A DNA stretch of 10,210 nt from an uncultured Deinococcales bacterium (GCA_964244895.1 CAXTKV010000188.1:1-10210); one strand, 5' to 3'. Counted from the first letter of the stretch, positions 1 to 8,018 are shown. Program-made: numbers and translations. Notes: a model not told the origin generated them from the letters alone.

Positions 1-951
<951 letters not shown>

Positions 952-963
952 GACCCGAGAATA
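952..963 (-). promoter_or_regulatory. -10 element of a probable leaderless promoter for the esterase
   Basis: TATTCT-cgggtc-ATG on the minus strand (TAnnnT plus 6 nt), with no Shine-Dalgarno. Confidence 0.65.
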
Positions 964-1006
964 ACGCCTGCCGCCGCCCGAGCGCACGAAATCTCGAAGG
1001 TTCATC

Positions 1007-1035
1007 TTGGCGTTCCCCGACCCGCGTGATACACT
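1007..1035 (+). promoter_or_regulatory. Sigma70-type promoter of rpsT
   Basis: TTGGCG (1007-1012), 17-bp spacer, then extended -10 TGa-TACACT (1027-1035). Confidence 0.65.
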
Positions 1036-1165
1036 CCGCAAGCTCGCGTTCGGTATGGACGCGGGCGCGCACCGGATTTCCGGCGCGTTGCGCGAACCAG
1101 AGACACTGATTCGACGCTCCGGGCGAACCCGCCCGCCACGGCCCAAAGGCCGGAAGGAACCCACC

Positions 1166-1483
1166 ATGGCAGACGCCAAGAACCGCAAAGCCCGCAAGGT
1201 CGAAAAAAGCAAACGTCGCGGTCAAGCCCAGGAAAAGCGCCACCGCCAGAGCCTCAAGCGCCGCGCCGTCAACCGCGCCCGCAAGAGCACCATCAAGACC
1301 TTCGTCAAGAAGGCCGTGGTCGCCGCGACCGCCGGTGACGCCGCCGCCGTCGAACTGCGCCAGAAAGCTGAAAGCCTGATCGACAAGGCCGCCAAGTCCA
1401 GCACCATGCACAAGCGCACCGCCGCCCGCAAGAAGAGCCGTCTGATGAAGGCCATCAACAAGATCGCGGCAGCCAAGGCGTAA
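1166..1483 (+). CDS. rpsT: 30S ribosomal protein S20 (105 aa)
   Basis: [23 protein letters not shown]...[23 protein letters not shown] matches Deinococcus/Thermus S20 as I recall it. GAAGGAA RBS lies before ATG 1166; the ORF-track start at 1007 is over-extended. Confidence 0.97.
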   Translation: MADAKNRKARKVEKSKRRGQAQEKRHRQSLKRRAVNRARKSTIKTFVKKAVVAATAGDAAAVELRQKAESLIDKAAKSSTMHKRTAARKKSRLMKAINKIAAAKA

Positions 1484-1502
1484 ACCAACCTGAACGTTTA
1501 CG

Positions 1503-1530
1503 GGGATGGGGAAACCCGTCCCTTTTCTTT
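1503..1530 (+). terminator. Intrinsic terminator of rpsT
   Basis: GGGATGGG-GAAA-CCCGTCCC followed by TTTTCTTT. Confidence 0.9.
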
Positions 1531-1569
1531 GGCCCGAATGGGGTGTCTACTACGGCCTCAATCGCGGTT

Positions 1570-1769
1570 CTCGAGCAAAGAGCACCGTCCAGTACGTGAT
1601 CTCGAGAACTCTGCCCCACGCGGTGTTCTCGAGATCAGCGATGCTCGTGCCATCGCTCGAGCGTTCGCGATTGATGGGCAACCCCGCTGCGCCTCGAGGT
1701 GCTCAAGTACGGCGCTCTCGAGAACACCGTCGTGTACGGCATCCTCAAAATGCGTGCTGGACGGTATTT
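1570..1769. repeat. Mosaic palindromic repeat cluster (ACCGTCC/CTCGAG family)
   Basis: CACCGTCCAGTACG at 1583-1596; inverted pair TGATCTCGAGAAC / GTTCTCGAGATCA at 1597-1637; GAACACCGTC...CGTGCTGGACGGTATTT at 1722-1769; six CTCGAG sites. Confidence 0.8.
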
Positions 1770-3647
1770 TTAGAACTCGATCTCGAGGCTGTCGAAATCT
1801 GGGGAACTCAGGTGATGGTACGCGTCGTCCTGGAGCGTCCAGACATCCTTGACGACCTTGATGAAACCGATCTGCATCAGGTACGGCTGGTGCTGCTCCT
1901 GCACCACGTGCGCGTCCTTGCCGATGGCCACGGCCAGGGTCGCGACGTTGGCGGGGCCACCACCGAAATCGAGCATCAGTTTTTCCAGCAAACGCAAATC
2001 GTCCACCTCGAGCCCCCTGGAGTCGATCCCCATCAAATTCAGGCTCTCTGCGGCGCGGGCTGGCGTGATGATGGTTTCGTCGTGCGTGTGGGCGTACTCC
2101 GCCACGCGGCGCAGGTGCTGCTTGGCCAGGCGCATCTGGCCGCGAGAACGGCTGGCGATCTCGAGGGCGGCTTCGGCCTGGATGTTCGTGCCGTGCGTGC
2201 GGGCTTCCAGGAGCAGCAAGCGCACGAGTTCCTGAGCGCTGTACGCCTCGAAGACCAACGTGTTCTCGAAGCTCGATTTGAGCGTCTTGTGGATCAGGCT
2301 GGGTTGTTCGGTGGAGGCGAACAGCACGAAGCGCGGCACGGTGATCTGCGTCCAGTGCATGTCGATGCCACCGCCGGAGACCATATCGAGCTTCGCGCCC
2401 TTGAGGACGCTATAGAGCCGCTCAGAGATCAGTTGCCCCAGGCGGTGAATCTCGTCGATGAACAAAATATCGCCCTCGCGGAAGTTTTCAAAAAGTTCCG
2501 CCAGATCGCCGGGCGTTCTGAGGCTCGCGCCGTGGCGCATGACGATGCCGACGCCCATCTCGGCGGCGATGGCCTGCACCAGCGTGCGCCGTCCCGATTC
2601 GTCCGGCCCGGCCAGCAGCGTGTGAGAAACGCGGTTGCGGTCGATGGCGATGCGGATCTCGCGCTTGGCCTTGTCCTGCCCGATGAACGTGGCCAGTTCG
2701 CGCACCGTCGGGTGCAACCCGAGCGTCACCAGGTTGCGCGCCAGGTCGGTGAAATCGCGCACGCTCTGCGGACGTTTCTCAATTTGCAATTCCAGCGATT
2801 GCTCGATGCCCTGGCGCAGACCGGGCGGCGTGTTGACCGGCAAGGGTTCCAGCGTGACGCTCATCATGCGGTCCGTCACGGCGGGCGGCGGGTTGCCCGT
2901 CAGCGCGTGGTACAGCGTCGCCCCGAGCGCGTAGATGTCCGTGTACGGCCCGAAACGCGCCTGTTCCGCGTATTGCTCCAGGGGCGCGTAACCGGGCGTC
3001 AGCAGGCGCGTGTGGCGCACGGTGCGGGCCGTGACGAATTCCCTGGCGCTGCCGAAGTCGATCAGCACGGCCCGAGCGTCGTTGGTCACGAAAATATTGT
3101 CCGGTTTGATGTCGCGGTGCAGCAAACCCGCGCCGTGGACGGCCTCGAGCGCTTCGGCCAGCATGAAGGTGATGCGTTCGACCTCGAGGGGTGGCAGTTT
3201 CTTCTCTCGCTCGAGCTTCGCGCCCAGGGTTTCCCCGACGAGTTTTTCCATCACCAGGTAGGCGGTTCCGTTCTCTTCGAAGGCGTCCCAGACGCGCACG
3301 ATGCCCGGATCATCGAACTGCGCGAGCGTGCGCGCCTCACTTAAAAAGCCCGCTCTGGCCGCGGCGAAACCGTGCAAGCCCAACGAACCCGGCGCGATCA
3401 CGTGCGCGTCCCGGCGCGAGGAACCGTCCGGGAAGAGTTCCTTGATGGCCACCACGCGCCGCAACTGCGTGTCCGAACCCTGGTACGTGATGCCGAACCC
3501 GCCCTGTCCCAGCACCCGCCCGACCGTGTAGCGCCCGCCCATCAGCGTCATGCCGACCCGCAACCTGGGTTGCGAGAGCGTGCTGCCGCACTTCGGGCAG
3601 ACCGATACCTGATCGGTCACGCCGTGTCCGCAGTACGGGCAGTTCAT
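1770..3647 (-). CDS. Zinc-ribbon + Hanks-type Ser/Thr protein kinase fused to a degenerate RuvB-like AAA+/winged-helix module (625 aa)
   Basis: aa3-20 CPYC..CPKC. aa40-303 kinase: LGQGGFG, VAIKE, HRDIKPDN, DFG, TPGYAPLEQ, DIYALG. aa311-613 colinear with RuvB: FIGQ, LLAGP, GDILFIDEIHRL, SRGQMR, GID..GL...D, FGGGP....LA.A.G.D, PYL...GFI, AYHHL. Confidence 0.92.
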   Translation of the reverse strand: MNCPYCGHGVTDQVSVCPKCGSTLSQPRLRVGMTLMGGRYTVGRVLGQGGFGITYQGSDTQLRRVVAIKELFPDGSSRRDAHVIAPGSLGLHGFAAARAGFLSEARTLAQFDDPGIVRVWDAFEENGTAYLVMEKLVGETLGAKLEREKKLPPLEVERITFMLAEALEAVHGAGLLHRDIKPDNIFVTNDARAVLIDFGSAREFVTARTVRHTRLLTPGYAPLEQYAEQARFGPYTDIYALGATLYHALTGNPPPAVTDRMMSVTLEPLPVNTPPGLRQGIEQSLELQIEKRPQSVRDFTDLARNLVTLGLHPTVRELATFIGQDKAKREIRIAIDRNRVSHTLLAGPDESGRRTLVQAIAAEMGVGIVMRHGASLRTPGDLAELFENFREGDILFIDEIHRLGQLISERLYSVLKGAKLDMVSGGGIDMHWTQITVPRFVLFASTEQPSLIHKTLKSSFENTLVFEAYSAQELVRLLLLEARTHGTNIQAEAALEIASRSRGQMRLAKQHLRRVAEYAHTHDETIITPARAAESLNLMGIDSRGLEVDDLRLLEKLMLDFGGGPANVATLAVAIGKDAHVVQEQHQPYLMQIGFIKVVKDVWTLQDDAYHHLSSPDFDSLEIEF

Positions 3648-3697
3648 GCGGCATATTATTTCAGAGTTCAGCTTTAATTGTCATGAAGCACGTCACA
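3648..3697 (-). promoter_or_regulatory. Probable leaderless promoter with a CRP-family box upstream of the kinase-RuvB gene
   Basis: Minus strand reads TGTGA-cgtgct-TCATG (3697-3682; 8/10 to TGTGA-N6-TCACA), then aaATAATATgccgcATG. The box centre is about 42 nt from the ATG and there is no Shine-Dalgarno. Confidence 0.5.
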
Positions 3698-3983
3698 CGC
3701 GCGAAGAATTAGTTTGAGAGCCCTAAGACTTCCAGCCTCTAAAGTCGCTGGCTGATGCGATCGAGAAGTGCCCGAATTCGACTGCCCAAGACCGAACGGA
3801 GTCGTGCAGCACGCGAGGAATGCATTCTCGAGGCGAGGGCTCCCACGAGACTGTCTCGCAGGTCTGCGGCTCGCCCTCGCTCGGGATAGTTCCCGAGCAG
3901 TCCGATCTCGAGATCAGCTCTTTCGGGTTCCAGTCTTCTCGGGACGCGGCTTCGGGCGCGCGTTCGAGATGCGCCTGAGGGCG

Positions 3984-4035
3984 AGGAACACCGTCCGGCA
4001 CGCGAGCCGAAAGTTGCGTGCTGGACGGTGCTCCT
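3984..4035. repeat. ACCGTCC-family hairpin downstream of purU (best conserved copy)
   Basis: AGGAACACCGTCCGGCACGCGA-gccgaaag-TTGCGTGCTGGACGGTGCTCCT, with 22-bp imperfect inverted arms. Confidence 0.88.
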
Positions 4036-4047
4036 GAAAACCAATCC

Positions 4048-4917
4048 TCAGAACACGACGGTTTTGTTGCCGTACACGATCACGCGATCCTCCAGGTGCG
4101 CCTTGAGCGCTCGAGCCAGCACGCTGCGTTCGATATCGCGCCCGACGCGGGTCAGCGCCTTGACATCATCGCCGTGGCTGACGCGGCCTACGTCCTGCTC
4201 GATGATCGGCCCGGCGTCCAGTTCGGCGGTGACGTAGTGCGCGGTCGCACCGATGATCTTGACGCCGCGCTGCCAGGCGCTCTTGTACGGGTTCGCCCCG
4301 ATGAAGGCGGGCAAAAAGCTGTGGTGAATGTTGATCACGGGCACGCCGATTCTTTCCAGCCAATCGCCGGACAGGATCTGCATGTAGCGCGCCAGCACCA
4401 CGAAATCGCACTGGCCGCGCAGCAATTCCAGAATCTGCTTCTCGGACGCGGCTTTATCGCCGTCCACCACGGGCACGACGTGAAAGGGAATGTTGAAGGC
4501 TCTGACATCGGCTTCCAGGTCGGGGTGGTTGGAGATCACCATCGGGATTTGCGCGTCGAATTCCCCCCGACGCACGCGCCAGAGCACGTCCATCAGGCAG
4601 TGATCGTACTTGCTGCACAAGATCGCCATGCGTTTAGGTTCGGCGGTGTACCAGACGCGCCAGTCCATTTCAAAAGGGCCAGCGATCACGTCCTGGAAGG
4701 CTTTTTCAAACTGTGGGCGCGAGAGATCCAGACCCTCGAGGTAGAACTCCTGGCGCATGAAGAAGCGCCCACCTTCCGGGTCGGTGCTGTGCTGATCGCT
4801 GTCGATGATGTTCGCGCCGTGCGAGAACAAGAATTGCGACACGGCGGCGACGATGCCCCGGCGGTCGGGACAAGAGATCAACAATCGGGCGGTGTTCGGG
4901 CGCGAGATTTCCGGCAT
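4048..4917 (-). CDS. purU: Formyltetrahydrofolate deformylase (289 aa)
   Basis: N-terminal ACT domain ([26 protein letters not shown]), then [56 protein letters not shown] and GRDIER. Start placed at ATG 4917, where PurU similarity begins and a -10 box sits 6 nt upstream. Confidence 0.97.
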   Translation of the reverse strand: MPEISRPNTARLLISCPDRRGIVAAVSQFLFSHGANIIDSDQHSTDPEGGRFFMRQEFYLEGLDLSRPQFEKAFQDVIAGPFEMDWRVWYTAEPKRMAILCSKYDHCLMDVLWRVRRGEFDAQIPMVISNHPDLEADVRAFNIPFHVVPVVDGDKAASEKQILELLRGQCDFVVLARYMQILSGDWLERIGVPVINIHHSFLPAFIGANPYKSAWQRGVKIIGATAHYVTAELDAGPIIEQDVGRVSHGDDVKALTRVGRDIERSVLARALKAHLEDRVIVYGNKTVVF

Positions 4918-4929
4918 CGGCCCAGGATA
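4918..4929 (-). promoter_or_regulatory. -10 element of a probable leaderless purU promoter
   Basis: TATCCT-gggccg-ATG, with no Shine-Dalgarno. Confidence 0.65.
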
Positions 4930-4950
4930 CCGTGATGGGCGCGTACGGGG

Positions 4951-5004
4951 GACACCGTCTGGGACGGTGTTTGTGTTTACTCGAAAATACCGTCTGGGAC
5001 GGTC
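4951..5004. repeat. Two short-form ACCGTC-N3-GACGGT hairpins
   Basis: GACACCGTC-TGG-GACGGTGTT (4951-4971) and ACCGTC-TGG-GACGGT (4989-5003). Confidence 0.8.
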
Positions 5005-5058
5005 TGCGTCGCGACCTCGAGATATCCTGCCCGACCTGAACGGGTTTTGTTGGCGCAC

Positions 5059-5082
5059 GGACGCAATAAATCGCGCCTCTAC
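5059..5082 (-). repeat. GTAG-family REP
   Basis: Minus strand GTAGAGGCGCGATTTATTGCGTCC: a GTAG foot followed by an imperfect palindrome. Confidence 0.75.
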
Positions 5083-5101
5083 GGGACGGGCTTCTTGCCC
5101 C

Positions 5102-5120
5102 AGAACACCGTCCAGAACGC
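5102..5120 (+). repeat. Single arm of the ACCGTCC family
   Basis: AGAACACCGTCCAGAACGC versus consensus AGAACACCGTCCAGCACGC. Confidence 0.75.
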
Positions 5121-5145
5121 CGCATCCTCGAGCCACGGGCACGGG

Positions 5146-5154
5146 TGATACACT
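5146..5154 (+). promoter_or_regulatory. Extended -10 promoter of the serine hydrolase gene
   Basis: TGa-TACACT, identical (GTGATACACTC) to the rpsT -10 region. Confidence 0.55.
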
Positions 5155-5204
5155 CGCTGCCACGCGCGTTCGGGGTTCATCAGACCCGACGCCAGAGGTG
5201 CTTT

Positions 5205-6470
5205 GTGACCGCAATCGTCAGCAACCTGTCCCTTTCGGCCTCGCGCAACCTGGATCGCGCCCTGCAAGCCATCCTGGACGATGCGGCGCGTCCGCTCGCC
5301 AGCCTGTCAGTAGCGGTTATCAAGAAGGGCAGCGTGGTCTACGCCAGGGCCTTCGGGGATCGCTGGATCGACCCAGAGGACGCCTCGCGCGACAAGCCTG
5401 CCACCACGGAGACGCGCTATCGGGTCGCCAGCATCTCGAAGGTGCTGACCGCCATCGGCGCGATGAAGCTCCAGGAGGCGGGCGAACTCGAGCTGGATCG
5501 GGACATCAGCGATTACCTGGGCTGGACGCTCCGGAACCCGAACTTCCCGGACGCGCCGATCACGACGCGGATGCTCTTGTCGCACACCTCGAGCCTGCGC
5601 GACGACAACGGTTACGCGTTCGGAGCCGACGTGTGGCTGCAAGATGTACTCCATCCCGACGGAGAACTGTTCGACCCGAAAAGCTGGGCGGAGCAGGCTC
5701 CCGGTTTTTTCGCCTACACCAACCTCAATTTTGGGGTGCTGGCCACCGTGATGGAGCGCATCACCGAAATCCGCTTCGATCAGTTGATGCAGGACACCGT
5801 GCTGACGCCCCTCGGGATGGGTGGCGGGTACAACCCGGCCAGCTTCTCGAACAGCCGATTGAAAACCCTGGCGACGCTGTACCGCAAGTTTTCAAACGGC
5901 AGGTGGGACGCCAGAACCCCGTGGGTCGCGCAGGTGGACGATTACGCCACAGACCCACCCACCGATCCGGGTACGGACTACCAGATCGGCACCAACGGCA
6001 GCCTGTACTCGCCGCAGGGCGGCTTGCGCGCCAGTCCGCTGGAACTCTCGCGGGTCGCGCTGATGCTGATGAACGACGGCGTGACTGACAATCAGGTGTT
6101 TCTCGAGCCGCAGACCGTGCAGTCGATGCGCTCAGACCAGTGGACCTACGATGCCAGAAAAGCCAACGGCGACCCCTTCGCCGGGCTGTTCCGCTCTTGG
6201 GGATTGAGCCTGCAACGCTTCACCGATTCGAGCGACGCTGATCGCGCCGACCGAATCATCCAGACGGGCGGGCTGAACTGGTTCGGGCATCTGGGTGAAG
6301 CCTACGGCCTGCTGTCCGGGATGCTGTTCGATCCGGTCGCGAAGAACGGCATGATTTACGCCATCGGTGGTCTGGGAGCCAACCCCGAAAAAGATCCCGG
6401 TTCCTACAGCGCGTTTTTTCGGCGCGAGGAATTGATCCTGAGCGCCCTGTACGACCACGCGATTCAATAG
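5205..6470 (+). CDS. Serine hydrolase, beta-lactamase class C / penicillin-binding-protein-like family (about 421 aa)
   Basis: RVASISK (SxxK), [13 protein letters not shown] (YxN) and FGHLG. Start placed at GTG 5205 behind AGAGGTG; the ORF-track GTG at 5145 overlaps the -10 box. Confidence 0.9.
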   Translation: MTAIVSNLSLSASRNLDRALQAILDDAARPLASLSVAVIKKGSVVYARAFGDRWIDPEDASRDKPATTETRYRVASISKVLTAIGAMKLQEAGELELDRDISDYLGWTLRNPNFPDAPITTRMLLSHTSSLRDDNGYAFGADVWLQDVLHPDGELFDPKSWAEQAPGFFAYTNLNFGVLATVMERITEIRFDQLMQDTVLTPLGMGGGYNPASFSNSRLKTLATLYRKFSNGRWDARTPWVAQVDDYATDPPTDPGTDYQIGTNGSLYSPQGGLRASPLELSRVALMLMNDGVTDNQVFLEPQTVQSMRSDQWTYDARKANGDPFAGLFRSWGLSLQRFTDSSDADRADRIIQTGGLNWFGHLGEAYGLLSGMLFDPVAKNGMIYAIGGLGANPEKDPGSYSAFFRREELILSALYDHAIQ

Positions 6471-6476
6471 TTCAGG

Positions 6477-6537
6477 CTCGAGAAGACCGTCCTGGACGAT
6501 CTTTTTCCGTGTCTCGAATTGGCGTCCCGGACGGTCT
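6477..6537. repeat. Short-form ACCGTC hairpins after the serine hydrolase stop
   Basis: CTCGAGAAGACCGTC-CTG-GACGATCTTTT and CGTC-CCG-GACGGTCT. Confidence 0.7.
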
Positions 6538-6573
6538 CCCTGGAAAAGTCAGTCTCGAGAACGTGTTGATGCG

Positions 6574-6638
6574 AGGGCAACCATAAAGGTCGCCCCTACA
6601 CACCACGGTTTTGTAGGGGTAGGGCTTGTCCCTGCCCT
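6574..6638. repeat. Inverted doublet of GTAG-family REPs
   Basis: Minus-strand GTAGGGGCGACCTTTATGGTTGCCCT (6599-6574) and plus-strand GTAGGGGTAGGGCTTGTCCCTGCCCT (6613-6638), 13 nt apart and bracketed by TCTCGAGA at 6553 and 6641. Confidence 0.82.
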
Positions 6639-6694
6639 GCTCTCGAGACGTTTTTTACAAAAGGTTCAAAACACACGCCTCAATAACGAGAGCG

Positions 6695-6737
6695 CGTGAC
6701 AATTTGCACGTCATACACGCACCAATGGCGGTATCAC
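6695..6737 (+). promoter_or_regulatory. Candidate CRP-family class II promoter of the metalloprotease gene
   Basis: CGTGA-caattt-GCACG (6695-6710) and a weak -10 TATCAC (6732-6737), which places the box at -41.5. Confidence 0.35.
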
Positions 6738-6836
6738 AACGGTACCAGTTTGAAAGGAGGCCAACGTTAAAGACGGTCAATCGCGGTTCGGGGGAACGCC
6801 AAGACCACGAGGAACGACAGGTTCCGGGGGGAACGC

Positions 6837-7745
6837 ATGAAGATAATCGCGATACTCGGCGCGTTGGCGCTGCTGGCCGCCTGCAACTCGCAACCCACCA
6901 CCGATCTGGCACAGGACCCGACGGATGCACCAGCAGCGGCGCTTCCGATCTACAAGAGCCTACAGACCGTCCCGGTCAGCGCCCAGGCCACGGAACCGTA
7001 CAACGTCACGCTGGTGTTCGTCGGTAACCCATCGAGCGCCGTGCGGGGCGTGCTGAGCGACGCCGCCACGCGCTGGCAGCAGGTCGTCACGACCGGACTG
7101 GCGGATGTCAGCGGCACGATCAACGCCAACGATTGCGGCAACCCGAGCGCCTTCAGCGGCACCATCGACGACGTGGTGATCTTCGCGGGCATCACCAGCA
7201 TCGACGGCCCCGGCGGAGTGCTGGCCCAGGCGGGCGTGTGCTACACGCGCACCACGGGCGGCTTGCCGGTGGCGGGCTTGTTGCAGTTCGATTCGGCGGA
7301 CGTGGGGAGCTTCGCGACCGCCGACCTGCGCAACATCGCCCTGCACGAGATGGGTCACGAGTTGGGCATCGGCACGATCTGGCGCGCCAAGGGCGTGCTG
7401 CGCGGCTCGAGCACCAGCAATCCGACCTTCACGGGTGCGAACGCGAACAGCGCCTGGGTTTCTTCCGGTGGGACGGGTCGCGTCCCGGTCGAGAACACCG
7501 GCGGTTCCGGCACGCGCAACGGCCACTGGCGCGATTCCGTGCTGCGCAACGAGATCCTGACTGGCTATTACAGCGCCGGGTTCAACCCCTTGAGCCGCAT
7601 CACGATCGGGTCCTTGCAGGACGTGGGCTACGCCGTGAATTACGCTGCGGCTGACCCGTTCAGCCTCTCGAGCCTGAGCGTGGTCAGCGTTGAAAATCGG
7701 TCGTTCACTCACATCGTGATCGAACCGAAGGCGCAAGTTCCTTAA
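6837..7745 (+). CDS. Leishmanolysin-related (M8-like) zinc metalloendopeptidase, lipoprotein (302 aa)
   Basis: Lipobox LLAAC at aa12-16, IDGPGGVLAQAG, HEMGHELGIG (HExxH), VPVENTGGSGTRNGHW (third His) and NPLSRITIGSLQDVGY. A G-rich RBS precedes the ATG. Confidence 0.92.
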   Translation: MKIIAILGALALLAACNSQPTTDLAQDPTDAPAAALPIYKSLQTVPVSAQATEPYNVTLVFVGNPSSAVRGVLSDAATRWQQVVTTGLADVSGTINANDCGNPSAFSGTIDDVVIFAGITSIDGPGGVLAQAGVCYTRTTGGLPVAGLLQFDSADVGSFATADLRNIALHEMGHELGIGTIWRAKGVLRGSSTSNPTFTGANANSAWVSSGGTGRVPVENTGGSGTRNGHWRDSVLRNEILTGYYSAGFNPLSRITIGSLQDVGYAVNYAAADPFSLSSLSVVSVENRSFTHIVIEPKAQVP

Positions 7746-7760
7746 ATTCCAGTATCCGCG

Positions 7761-7802
7761 CACCGTCCAGCGCGTGTTCTTGAAACTGCGTGCTGGACGG
7801 CG
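7761..7802. repeat. ACCGTCC-family hairpin followed by a T-run; may also act as terminator of the protease gene
   Basis: CACCGTCCAGCGCG-N14-CGTGCTGGACGGCG followed by TTTTTGTATT. Confidence 0.82.
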
Positions 7803-7896
7803 TTTTTGTATTCCCCAGAGGACGCTCGCCAAGGTTCGTCCTCAGGGGCCAGAAGGACGTTCGTGGCGCGACGCTGCGATCTGCTCTTGCTCGGGT

Positions 7897-7930
7897 CTCG
7901 AGAACACCGTTCCAGACGGTCTTTCTCGAG
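7897..7930. repeat. Short-form family hairpin with CTCGAG at both ends
   Basis: CTCGAGAACACCGT-tccag-ACGGTCTTTCTCGAG. Confidence 0.8.
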
Positions 7931-8003
7931 GATCGAGATTTGCGCGCAGGACGGTCTGCGCATAAGCGTGACCTGCGCTTGATACGGCCTTCATCAATCT
8001 TTG

Positions 8004-8018
8004 TTAGACTGAGTTCAA
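8004..8018 (+). promoter_or_regulatory. TetR-family FadR-type operator overlapping the -10 box (TGt-TAGACT) of the acyl-CoA dehydrogenase promoter
   Basis: TTAGACTGAGTTCAA fits the Thermus thermophilus FadR consensus as I recall it (TTRNACYNRGTNYAA) at all positions, and lies directly upstream of a beta-oxidation gene. Confidence 0.65.

Noticed and set aside
1570..1769. CRISPR array
   Set aside because: The repeats are inverted, degenerate and irregularly spaced, with no constant repeat-spacer period and no cas genes.
1809..2717. Calling this the functional ruvB, or a pseudogene
   Set aside because: Catalytic and DNA-binding motifs are lost, so it is not a working motor, but the frame is intact and fused to a complete kinase.
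1506..3344. 612-aa plus-strand ORF
   Set aside because: Antisense shadow of the kinase-RuvB gene, typical of high-GC codon bias; it starts inside a terminator.
3648..3800. DdrO/RDRM radiation-response operator upstream of the kinase-RuvB gene
   Set aside because: I see no match to the RDRM palindrome as I recall it.
3723..4044. Short ORFs of 89-101 aa in the purU-kinase intergenic region
   Set aside because: They run through palindromic repeats, with no RBS and no protein-like features.
4918..5214. 99-aa N-terminal extension of PurU, or a ZTP/THF riboswitch
   Set aside because: The region consists of repeats and divergent promoters, purU looks leaderless, and no riboswitch consensus was recognised.
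6753..6760. Strong Shine-Dalgarno-like AAAGGAGG suggesting a leader peptide
   Set aside because: No ATG, GTG or TTG at a suitable distance downstream.
6960..7832. 290-aa minus-strand ORF
   Set aside because: Antisense shadow of the metalloprotease gene.
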